Below, piece by piece: positions 20,235-28,874 of a stretch of DNA of 64,000 nt. Numbering within the stretch: the first letter of the stretch is position 1; the number at the start of each line of letters is the position of its first letter. The position numbers and the translations under genes were made by a program. Under the pieces are notes generated by a model that saw only the letters and a program-made list of their open reading frames with translations, was not told the origin of the DNA and did not search any database. Origin of the DNA: a bacterium (lineage in GTDB: Bacteria; Patescibacteriota; Patescibacteriia; Patescibacteriales; UBA12465); contig JAUYNJ010000004.1 of NCBI GenBank assembly GCA_030696105.1, positions 13,872-77,871 on the forward strand, read 5' to 3'.

Positions 20235-23200
20235 CTATTTTTCTGTGTTGTATTCTGATAGCACCTTCGTAGCATCCAATGCCCCGCGCCAGATTTTCAA
20301 ATTATCAATCTTATAATCCCAAACCGTACTACTAAACTTGAAAGTATCAATCTCACTTCCCTGCGGTAGTGGTAAGCGTAGCTCTTCAATTTTCAACTGC
20401 CCGTCAACAAAGAACTGCCAGCGGTAACGATAGTCGTCGTAAACGAGCGCAAAGTGATGCCATTCATTATCAACCGGCACGCTCCCATTTTCGACCCAGA
20501 TATTATCATTGTTTGGAGTTGCAATTATTTGCCGGTAGTGATCAAGCGAGAGACTTGATAACAAATTTTCACCTTGATAGGCATCGAGATGTAGTCTGCC
20601 ACCATAGGGCAAAGTAGCATCATTTTTCAACCACCAAGACAGCGAATAATTATTTGTCTTTATCTTTGGGACGTTCAGTAAATAAGGGGCGTCTCCTTTG
20701 GGATAATTTAAACCGCGACCGGTGAGCCCGTTATAGACAATGGAGCCTGACGGCAAAGTCCAATTTATACCGCCGACCTCATCGTGAGCAATACTGCCAC
20801 TTATCTCATCAAACTTCCAGGAATGCAACAAACTAAGCGCGGGAATTGCTTCACGTGTTACCTGCGGATTAAAGGGCTTGTTGGCTTCGGCATAAGCGTG
20901 TATTTCCGCCGTCGTTAAAGCGCGATTCCACAGCGCAACATCATCGAGTGCGTTCGTGCCTGAAATTGCTCCGGCCGTAAAACGATTAAAGTCTGGCGAC
21001 AGCCCGCTAAAGGCTTGATAGAATAATTCTTGCCCATCAACAAATAGACTCCAATAGCCTGCCGCCGCGTTCCAGACAAGCACCGCCTGATGCCACGTAT
21101 TATTCATATAGGCCGGGCAATCGTAACGGCCCTGCAAACCCGGAAAGCCGTGAAACTCCATCATCCAACCAAAGATATCAAGTTGCAGGGCAATATTTTC
21201 TGTCGTGTTTTCCAAACGAACGTAAGGGTGGCTATAATCATCATTGCCCTTAAATCGAAAAGCTAAACTAAAATTTGAACCGCTAAGGGCTGGCGACAAG
21301 TTCGCGCTGATGATATTGGGGGGATAGAGTAATTGATAGCCGCAGCCCCACTGACCGAGCTGCCACTTGCCGGCGAGAGTGAGCGAGTTGAGCGTGCTCT
21401 TGCTGACCATATCCATCGCTGAACTACCTGTGCATTCGGAAAATGACCAGAGGCGGAGCAACCCGGGACTATCAATTCCGGGGACAAGGGTGAAGGTGTC
21501 GTCATCTCCTGGAGTATTTCCGCCAGGCTGCTCATCCTCGTCTTCGTTGTCTCCCGGCTCTTCATCGTCACCGGGAGGGTCGTCATTGTTTGGGTTATCG
21601 TCGTCATCGTCGTTTGGAGCGGTTGGCAAGATGCCGCCAAGCGGCCATAATAACCAATCGCCCGCGTTATTATCATTATCATACTTCGGTGCCCAATTTT
21701 CTTTGCTCCCATTTTTCAGTATTTCAGAAAGAACTGTTCCCGCATCGGCCTTGCGTCGTAATAAGTAGCCTTCAAGTAACTTTGGAGCCGGTCCGCTACC
21801 TTCATAGTATTTTGCTTCACCGTAGCCGACATAATCAAGAATATCTTCATCTTCCGGACTGCTCACTGCCCCCTTAGCAAGATAGACGGTGTAGCCGCTG
21901 TCGGTCAAAGTAAAATCTGAACGGATGGCAATCGCATGCGCCGCATTGCGCAGTTCAAGCGCGGCATCATCACGCACAATGCGATAGCCTTCCCCTGCCC
22001 TAATAATTGTCCCGCCAGGGAAAGTCGCATCCGTCGCCGCATCGAAGCGAAGCATAATGCCGGGATCTGCCGCCGTCTTCGCCTTCTCCAAACGAATCTT
22101 ATTGGCAGCTAAATCAATATCCTCTTCCCCGTAGTTCCAAATTTCGAGCCAATCATCATCACCCTGTGTATGTAAGCGACTTATTACTAAACTAAGCACG
22201 GGCGTATCATCTTCATCGTCATTAAGTACTGGGCTCGTCGTAGCGGCTGTTGTCGTCGGCGTGGAAGATGTGAGCTTGCTCGCAATCGGCGTCCAAAGAG
22301 CGACATTATTATTGTCAGATTTTGTAGTCGTTTTTGTGGTGGCCGCGGCGGTCTTAGTGGTGCTTGTCGATGTCGCTGCCGGACTGGATACGGTCGGGCG
22401 GGCGGCAGCAAATATATCAGCACTCGCCACTGGACTGGCAATCGGATGTGACTCTTCCTCTGCTCTGTTCGGTGTGCCAATAACTGTAGTTACCTGAGCA
22501 CTAGAAACTGCTGCTGACGGAGCCGGGGTTGTTAAGGCCGGATTAATATCGGCTACGAGCGGCGCCGTTATCTTCTTATCAGCCAAAGTCGTTTGTCCGG
22601 CGAGTAATGTTGGTGAATCATCGCCCTCGTCCCAAACTAAGCGATTGGCCATATCTTTCTCTGGAAAAATTGTATTCCAGGCCTCGGCAATGCTATCAGA
22701 CAAATCACGCAGGCCTGATAAAGGATTATTGATTAAGCTCCATTTCAAAATGACGCCAACATTATTCACTTTTCCGCGCACCGCCTTGTCCGGAAAAGGT
22801 GTACTTAAATCAATATCAACCGGCTCGTCACGCAAAGTCGATTGCAGGGCTTGAGTATAGGGGATGAATAGATATCTTTGTCCTTCCACTTCCTTGCCGG
22901 CATTATAGCCAAGGATTTCAGGCGCTGGAAATATCGTCGTTAGTCTTCGTGAAATTTTAGAATATTCATAAGCGCGTGAAAAAACGTCACCATCCTCGTT
23001 ATAGATACTGCTTTTATCATAACCGTCAGGCGTAATGTTAACGGCGTAATATCTTTGATCATATTCAAGCGAGCCCAGCCGTTGTGGATTATCAGCGTTT
23101 GCACTTTCATAAACTTTTTCGGTTAAACCGACGCAAGTCCAATCTCCACTCCAGGGTCCTTTTTGCGCTGAGAAATCAAAGTCATAGGCTAAGTCGGCTA

Positions 23201-23579
23201 AGGCAAGATACTTCGCAATCGCCACCGCCTTTGCGCGTTGCCAAGGGCTGGCATATTTTGGTAAGCGAGCGGCGACGAGTTGCTCCCCTTCCGCTTCGTT
23301 TACAAAATACTTAGCCGGCATTTTTACAATCCCAGAGCCCAAAGCCTCAACAACATAATCGACCCCATCCTCTTTGCCGATATAAATACCGGCGTGACCG
23401 GAATAGATATTGGTAATCACCCCGGCCTTTTGCCGAATTAATTCTTTGCTACTAAAACCATACATCTTGCCTTCACCTGAGGTGCGATACAAAATTGTAC
23501 CTGGCTCCATCGCTTGCCCCGGAAACGCTAAGGTTAGGCCCGCATAGACAAGTAAACAAATTATTTTATATTTTTTCAT
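20235..23579 (-). CDS. secreted multidomain protein: permuted papain-like (YiiX/NlpC-P60 superfamily) peptidase + lamin-tail-like domain + two LamG (concanavalin-like) domains
   Basis: Start set at MKKYKIICLLVYAGLTLAFPGQA (signal peptide). N-terminal YSGHAGIYIG...VVEALGSG...WTCVGLTEKVY. Ser/Thr/Ala linker. LVISRLHTQGDDDWLEIWNYG (LTD-like). Asp/Glu/Pro/Asn linker. Two LamG_3-like endings (LDDVALWNRALTTAEI, IDNLKIWRGALDATKV). Confidence 0.75.
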   Translation of the reverse strand: MKKYKIICLLVYAGLTLAFPGQAMEPGTILYRTSGEGKMYGFSSKELIRQKAGVITNIYSGHAGIYIGKEDGVDYVVEALGSGIVKMPAKYFVNEAEGEQLVAARLPKYASPWQRAKAVAIAKYLALADLAYDFDFSAQKGPWSGDWTCVGLTEKVYESANADNPQRLGSLEYDQRYYAVNITPDGYDKSSIYNEDGDVFSRAYEYSKISRRLTTIFPAPEILGYNAGKEVEGQRYLFIPYTQALQSTLRDEPVDIDLSTPFPDKAVRGKVNNVGVILKWSLINNPLSGLRDLSDSIAEAWNTIFPEKDMANRLVWDEGDDSPTLLAGQTTLADKKITAPLVADINPALTTPAPSAAVSSAQVTTVIGTPNRAEEESHPIASPVASADIFAAARPTVSSPAATSTSTTKTAAATTKTTTKSDNNNVALWTPIASKLTSSTPTTTAATTSPVLNDDEDDTPVLSLVISRLHTQGDDDWLEIWNYGEEDIDLAANKIRLEKAKTAADPGIMLRFDAATDATFPGGTIIRAGEGYRIVRDDAALELRNAAHAIAIRSDFTLTDSGYTVYLAKGAVSSPEDEDILDYVGYGEAKYYEGSGPAPKLLEGYLLRRKADAGTVLSEILKNGSKENWAPKYDNDNNAGDWLLWPLGGILPTAPNDDDDDNPNNDDPPGDDEEPGDNEDEDEQPGGNTPGDDDTFTLVPGIDSPGLLRLWSFSECTGSSAMDMVSKSTLNSLTLAGKWQLGQWGCGYQLLYPPNIISANLSPALSGSNFSLAFRFKGNDDYSHPYVRLENTTENIALQLDIFGWMMEFHGFPGLQGRYDCPAYMNNTWHQAVLVWNAAAGYWSLFVDGQELFYQAFSGLSPDFNRFTAGAISGTNALDDVALWNRALTTAEIHAYAEANKPFNPQVTREAIPALSLLHSWKFDEISGSIAHDEVGGINWTLPSGSIVYNGLTGRGLNYPKGDAPYLLNVPKIKTNNYSLSWWLKNDATLPYGGRLHLDAYQGENLLSSLSLDHYRQIIATPNNDNIWVENGSVPVDNEWHHFALVYDDYRYRWQFFVDGQLKIEELRLPLPQGSEIDTFKFSSTVWDYKIDNLKIWRGALDATKVLSEYNTEK

Positions 23580-24525
23580 AATATTCTTGCCAATCCGCAC
23601 TCGTCGGTTCCGGCGTCATAATTTCTATCTCAAACTTCACTCGCAAAGTGTCAGCGGCTAAGCCACGCGTAATGACATCGAGCTGTGCATTTTTCGCGAT
23701 ATTGGATAATAATCCGCGCAATATTTCATCTTTTCCATTGGCCGCTTCAACGAGATACCACAAACGTTGCCAGCGTATTGCTTTGTCATTCTCTGCGTAA
23801 ATCAAGTGCTCAAGGGTAATTAAATCATCAGTCGCAAAGCGTATAGTGTTTTCAGGCCAGGAGGAGGCAACTTGCAAAGCGACTGACGTGAGTGAGCCCA
23901 TATTGTCTCGCATTAATATCTCCTTCACTAAACCACTGCTAGCGGCGTCGGGATAAGCGAAGAGGAGTTTGAGGGCATATACGCGCTCTTCAGACGCTGC
24001 CCTTTCATCCGTTACGACAAGACGTAAGTTACGCAGCCAATCTTCATCAGCAAAGGCCTCCGGAAATGATATGACAATCTGCCTCTTTATCTCCCCCGAT
24101 GCATCAGGCTGAGCAATGAACTCCGCTAAGACCGGTGGCAAGGAAGCACGACCGTAATCAGCCGCCATAATTTTAATTAAAGCTGATTGCAAGTCTTCCT
24201 TTCCATCTCTGAAGGCAAGTTCATACTGCACTGCCGCCACCTCCGCCCTACGCTTAAAATACGGACGCCAAATGTCTGCGTATGTTTGCCTTGAGGCGAG
24301 ACAACTTTCACGACACGACGAATTGAAAGTTGCTTGAAACTGTCGCCAGGCGATATCAGCTTTCAACTCGTCTGGATATTTTGTCCAAGGACGAAATACA
24401 TAGGGTGCGAGCAGGATGAAAATGAGCAAGACAAATATACCAAGCGACAACCAGGGCCAATGACGCTGGAGCAGCGCGACATATTTCTTCTTTTCTTTCT
24501 TTTTAAAATTTAAGGGCATTAACAT
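23566..24525 (-). CDS. hypothetical membrane-anchored helical-repeat protein
   Basis: Start set at MLMPLNFKKKEKKK...WLSLGIFVLLIFILLAPYV (TM). The remainder is alpha-helical and HEAT/ARM-like by eye. The stop overlaps the start of the 20235..23579 gene by 14 nt. Confidence 0.6.
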   Translation of the reverse strand: MLMPLNFKKKEKKKYVALLQRHWPWLSLGIFVLLIFILLAPYVFRPWTKYPDELKADIAWRQFQATFNSSCRESCLASRQTYADIWRPYFKRRAEVAAVQYELAFRDGKEDLQSALIKIMAADYGRASLPPVLAEFIAQPDASGEIKRQIVISFPEAFADEDWLRNLRLVVTDERAASEERVYALKLLFAYPDAASSGLVKEILMRDNMGSLTSVALQVASSWPENTIRFATDDLITLEHLIYAENDKAIRWQRLWYLVEAANGKDEILRGLLSNIAKNAQLDVITRGLAADTLRVKFEIEIMTPEPTSADWQEYYEKI

Positions 24526-24681
24526 ATTTATTTCGGGCCATCCGTCCCCGTTTGTAAAGCGGCGCGTGCAAAACAAACGGGGGCGGGATTGGCGTAGGTG
24601 GGTACCGAAAATATCATAACAAATAGTCGATGAAGGCTCGTGAAAAAGATTGTGAAAGTACACTTAATATTGCACAACAAA

Positions 24682-24712
24682 AAACGCCCGTAAACACGGG
24701 CGTTTCTAAGAT
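24682..24712 (-). terminator. intrinsic terminator after the O-antigen-ligase-like gene
   Basis: Minus strand aaacgcccg-tgttta-cgggcgttt followed by tttgttg. Confidence 0.85.
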
Positions 24713-24737
24713 ATTGCCAAGATACTTTTTTTCTCGT

Positions 24738-26963
24738 CTATTCCGGTGCAAAGCCACTTTCAATTTGTTCAATAAAACCTTCAACCGCGGGACGAAGAGA
24801 CGGATCAACTTCCGCCGCCTTTACTGCCGCTGTTAATGCCTCTTCAAGATTGCCTGCCTTCAGCTCCGCCTGAGCGAGGTTAGCGAGCAGCAAAGCCTCT
24901 TCAACTTGGGTTGATAGGGCTCGATAGGTGAGCAGAAGGCGCTCGTCATCTTTCGCCTCATAATATCGTGTCGAGAATTCTTTTAAGACGGCTGTCATTA
25001 GAGTTCTTCCCCCGCCCTGTAAACAAGTTTCAACGTAAGGCGCAGCTTCTTCAACTCTTTCAACCACAAAATAAAAGTTCGCGAGCTGACAGTGACCTTC
25101 AATGTATTCTGGATTTAAAGATTGAGCATACAGAAAGGTTTCTTCAGCGCCATCAATGTCGCCGCGGCTAGCGAGTATTTGTCCCTTTACGAAATACACT
25201 GGTGAACGGCGCGGACTGGCGGCAATCGACTTATCAATCGCCTCAACCGCCTTATCTGAATATTGCGCGAAGAGTGAAGGCTGATTAGTGTAATAGCGAG
25301 AAATGATGTCGTAAATTTGTGCGGCCTGCATTTGGGCCAAGCTGTCGTTTGGATTATAGGCAAGGTTCTTTTCTAATTCGGCTTCAACAAAATCGATACC
25401 TTCTTTGTAATTATCAGGCGAGAAGTACTGAAATATTGTAGGGTTGCTGATCACAATATTTATTACGGTTGTGCGGGCATCACGCACCAGCGGTGAATTA
25501 ATCGCTAGGGCATCACGATAGGCGTTAAAGCCCTTAACATACAGAGAAGAGGCGACATAGGAATACGCGTCAATGACGCGACTGAGCATTCTCATCGAAC
25601 GGACATTGTAGGTAAAGACAACAAAAAGCATTAACAGTCCGACAAGAATTAGACCTATATATTCTTTAGTGTCGGAGATAGCAGGCACATTCGAGACCGG
25701 TTCTGTTTCTATTTCAGGGCGAGTGATAAATATAAGATACGCGAGCGAAATCATCAGCCCCATGTAAGTCGGCAAAGAATCAAACACCGCTAGGTTTTGA
25801 ATGAAATAAGCAGTAAGTAAGGCAGCCATCACGAGTAACTCGCGCATCGCTGTTCCTTCAGACCCCGGCAAAACTCTATAAGCATGCCTCTTCACCGCTT
25901 TCAGCCAGGCCATTAAAGCAGCAATAAAAATACTTAAGTAAGCAAATAAGCCAACGAGACCAGTGGTGGAAACAATATCAATTAAATTATTATGAGCACG
26001 ATCAAAATATGTTTCGGTTGTTGAATAATTAAAGAATTCTGGATTAAACTGACGATCAAAGATAATCGCGTAATTACCAAAGCCCGTTCCTAATATCGGA
26101 TGAGCCGGAAAATCACGCATTGCTCCTTCCCAAGAAAGCCAACGCGTCTGGAAGGTTGCCTTATTTACACTCAAATCTTTCAAGAATGAATTCTCCTGAA
26201 ACCAAGCTTGATTATATTGTGAAAACAATGCCACAACGGCAATAACGGCAATGGAAAAAGTAATGAGGGCAATTTGACGCAAACGACGACGGTGAGCAAA
26301 CAAACCGAGCAAGAAAATTAGTAAGAGCACGCTCACACCTAAACCAATAATCGCGCCCGAAGTGTCAGCTCTAAAAAAGGCGACGAGCATCAGAATAATA
26401 CTGATATAGAAGGGCCACTGTTTCATGATTGTCGTGCGCAAGCATAGAAGCACCGCAAAATAGATATTGAAGAGCATGTAACCACTGACGTAGGCAGTGT
26501 TACCAATTGTGCCGATGCGCTCTCCGGTGAGAATAATAAAGGCCTGAATAGTTGCCACTAAGACTGAAGCAGACAAAAGCAAATACCAGTCATCACGCGT
26601 ACGAAAAACAGTGATGATATATAAATAGAATAGGAAAAAATGAAATATATGAAAAAATCCAAGCAGACGCTCGACATCACCCCAAAAACTGAGATTAAAA
26701 TCAATGCCTGTAAAACTGGTGATTAAAATTGCCGCCAGGAAGGCAGTGAGACCCCAGGTAATATATGATTTTGCTGGACGGAAGGCAGGAAACTTCCAGA
26801 TAAGCACTAACCAAAAAGGTAGCAGTAGCTCCATTAAAATATTGAAGCTTAATTGCTTCGAAGATATATAGGGGAAAAGGAGATTGCTAAAAAGCAAAAA
26901 TATTACCCCTAAAGAGGCAAAAATACCAATTTGCAAGATGCGTTGATAAGTACTCGCGGACAT
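24738..26963 (-). CDS. O-antigen ligase/polymerase-like (Wzy_C) membrane protein fused to C-terminal TPR repeats
   Basis: 741 aa. About 12 TM helices with a Wzy_C-like loop (FDRAHNNLIDIVSTTGLVGL), then ~300 aa of TPR-like repeats. Confidence 0.8.
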   Translation of the reverse strand: MSASTYQRILQIGIFASLGVIFLLFSNLLFPYISSKQLSFNILMELLLPFWLVLIWKFPAFRPAKSYITWGLTAFLAAILITSFTGIDFNLSFWGDVERLLGFFHIFHFFLFYLYIITVFRTRDDWYLLLSASVLVATIQAFIILTGERIGTIGNTAYVSGYMLFNIYFAVLLCLRTTIMKQWPFYISIILMLVAFFRADTSGAIIGLGVSVLLLIFLLGLFAHRRRLRQIALITFSIAVIAVVALFSQYNQAWFQENSFLKDLSVNKATFQTRWLSWEGAMRDFPAHPILGTGFGNYAIIFDRQFNPEFFNYSTTETYFDRAHNNLIDIVSTTGLVGLFAYLSIFIAALMAWLKAVKRHAYRVLPGSEGTAMRELLVMAALLTAYFIQNLAVFDSLPTYMGLMISLAYLIFITRPEIETEPVSNVPAISDTKEYIGLILVGLLMLFVVFTYNVRSMRMLSRVIDAYSYVASSLYVKGFNAYRDALAINSPLVRDARTTVINIVISNPTIFQYFSPDNYKEGIDFVEAELEKNLAYNPNDSLAQMQAAQIYDIISRYYTNQPSLFAQYSDKAVEAIDKSIAASPRRSPVYFVKGQILASRGDIDGAEETFLYAQSLNPEYIEGHCQLANFYFVVERVEEAAPYVETCLQGGGRTLMTAVLKEFSTRYYEAKDDERLLLTYRALSTQVEEALLLANLAQAELKAGNLEEALTAAVKAAEVDPSLRPAVEGFIEQIESGFAPE

Positions 26964-27033
26964 AGAGTTTTGAGTATATTAATTGAAATCGCTAAGGTTA
27001 TTATATATTATAACAAAAAAGATAACAATCTTC

Positions 27034-27061
27034 TTGATAACAAAAATAAATCTGCTATAAT
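27034..27061 (+). promoter_or_regulatory. strong extended -10 promoter with no downstream plus-strand CDS
   Basis: TTGATA (27034..27039), 16 nt, TGcTATAAT (27053..27061). Confidence 0.55.
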
Positions 27062-27067
27062 ATACTC

Positions 27068-27131
27068 ACAATACCTAGAGATCTCACGATCTCCTAGGCC
27101 CCGAGGACTCCCGCAAGGGGGTCCGTTTTTA
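27068..27131 (+). ncRNA. candidate orphan small RNA (~64 nt)
   Basis: Starts after the promoter. Hairpin 1 is cctagagatc-tcac-gatctcctagg. Hairpin 2 is ggactccc-GCAA-gggggtcc followed by gtttttatt (intrinsic terminator). Lies between two minus-strand genes. Confidence 0.4.
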
Positions 27132-27223
27132 TTCTCAAATATCATAGCAAATACCCCATGAAGACACCTTAAATTGTAAATAAAAAAACTGCAGCTATAA
27201 GGCTGCGGATTTATATACGCTAT

Positions 27224-28360
27224 TTATTTAATCGCAGCGGCAATGGCCGGGGCGATACGCACGTCAAATGGGTCTGGCAATATTTTATCCACGCTTAAAT
27301 CTAAAACTAAGGCGGCTAAGCTCTCCGCCGCCTGCACCAACATCGCGTCGCTAATGTGCTTAACCTTGTTATCTAAAGCGCCACGAAAAACGCCGGGGAA
27401 AATTAAGACGTTATTAATCTGATTCCTAAAATCACTGCGACCACTCGCGACCACGAAGGCCCCGGCCGCTTCAGCTTCAGCTGGCATGATTTCAGGTAAA
27501 GGATTAGCAAGCGCAAAAACAATCGCTTTTGGCGCCATAGCTTGAACCATTTCAGCGCTGACTAAACCAGCCGAAGAAACACCAATAAACACATCGGCGC
27601 CAACTAAGACCTCCGCCAAAGAGCCTTGGCGCTTTGCGGGGTTAGTAATCGCAGCTAAAGCTTCTTTTTCAGTATCTAAGCCCTCGCGACCAGCATAAAT
27701 TGCTCCCTGACGATCACAGGCGATAATATGCGTGACACCATACCCTAACAAGAGGCGAGCAATCGCATTACCAGCTGCACCCGCGCCACTTAACACTACT
27801 TTAACATCCGCCTTATCACTTCCCCTCAACTTCAAGGCATTAATTAAAGCTGCTAAGACGACAGTCGCTGTTCCATGCTGATCATCATGCATCACGGGAA
27901 TATCTAATTCGGCTTGCAAACGGCGTTCAATTTCAAAACAACGAGGAGCAGCAATGTCCTCTAAATTTATTCCCCCAAACACAGGAGCAATTAACTTTAC
28001 CGCTTTAATGATTTCTTCCGTATCCTGAGTATCTAAACAAATTGGAAAAGCATCAACGTCTGCAAATTTCTTAAAGAGCGCACACTTCCCTTCCATCACC
28101 GGCAAAGCGGCCTCAGGGCCAATGTTGCCTAAACCTAAAACAGCGCTACCGTCAGTTACGACTGCAATCATGTTACCCTTAATCGTGTGCGTATTGGCTA
28201 AACTTTTATCAGCGGCAATGGCATTGCAAACAGCCGCAACGCCAGGAGTATAAGCTAATGAGAGATCATGTTTATCGTCTAAAGGTACTTTTAAGGAGGT
28301 GCCAATCTTGCCCTCAGCAAAAAGGTGTAAAGCTAAAGACTCTTCGTATAAATCAGACAT
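27224..28360 (-). CDS. NAD(P)-dependent malic enzyme (short form, no PTA domain)
   Basis: 378 aa. LAYTPGVA, TDGSAVLGLGNIGP, Rossmann VLSGAGAAGNAIARLL. Confidence 0.88.
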   Translation of the reverse strand: MSDLYEESLALHLFAEGKIGTSLKVPLDDKHDLSLAYTPGVAAVCNAIAADKSLANTHTIKGNMIAVVTDGSAVLGLGNIGPEAALPVMEGKCALFKKFADVDAFPICLDTQDTEEIIKAVKLIAPVFGGINLEDIAAPRCFEIERRLQAELDIPVMHDDQHGTATVVLAALINALKLRGSDKADVKVVLSGAGAAGNAIARLLLGYGVTHIIACDRQGAIYAGREGLDTEKEALAAITNPAKRQGSLAEVLVGADVFIGVSSAGLVSAEMVQAMAPKAIVFALANPLPEIMPAEAEAAGAFVVASGRSDFRNQINNVLIFPGVFRGALDNKVKHISDAMLVQAAESLAALVLDLSVDKILPDPFDVRIAPAIAAAIK

Positions 28361-28517
28361 AAGAAGCGGACGGAAGCGTTTAATATATAAGCGGGACCGA
28401 TGAATAAATTAGTTTAAGTTAATACACCATAGCAAAGTTAAGTTTAAAATAAAAGGGCCGACAATATAAAAAACCTGCAGTTTTTGAAGCTGCAGGTGGG
28501 GGGAAATGAACAAAAAA

Positions 28518-28871
28518 CTAATTTACTGAGACAGTGTCGTGCCAACGGTGTAAAACGAGAATAACGAGAATGGCGAGCACACTGATCGATATACCAAACC
28601 AGGAAAGTATTGCTGCCTGGAAGGTTAGGAAGGAGCCGATGACAGTAATTGTTGTCACGGCCGAGCGAAATGCGAAGCGCGTCGAAGTAATCGCGACTGA
28701 AGCCAGGGCCGCCATCAATATGATAAGCGGGGCTACCTGTACGCCTTTTAAAGCGGAAACTCCAATAGCGCAGGCGGTGATTGCACTCAATATCGCCACT
28801 CTTGTTTCTGCGTCTTCATCAATAGCAAAGCATAGGGCGCCGAAAATGAACAGATAGATAAATGGTTCCAT
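28518..28871 (-). CDS. hypothetical small membrane protein (about 4 TM)
   Basis: 117 aa, hydrophobic throughout. Start lies 3 nt after the hppA stop. Confidence 0.55.
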   Translation of the reverse strand: MEPFIYLFIFGALCFAIDEDAETRVAILSAITACAIGVSALKGVQVAPLIILMAALASVAITSTRFAFRSAVTTITVIGSFLTFQAAILSWFGISISVLAILVILVLHRWHDTVSVN

Positions 28872-28874
28872 TTT

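Noticed and set aside
21263-21768. Overlapping 149-aa (-) and 133-aa (+) ORFs inside the giant LamG protein gene
   Set aside because: They arise from the low-complexity Asp/Glu/Pro-coding stretch in alternative frames and carry no independent signals. The same applies to other antisense or out-of-frame track ORFs inside long CDSs (e.g. 6272..6616, 17345..17686, 40537..40941, 52656..53012).
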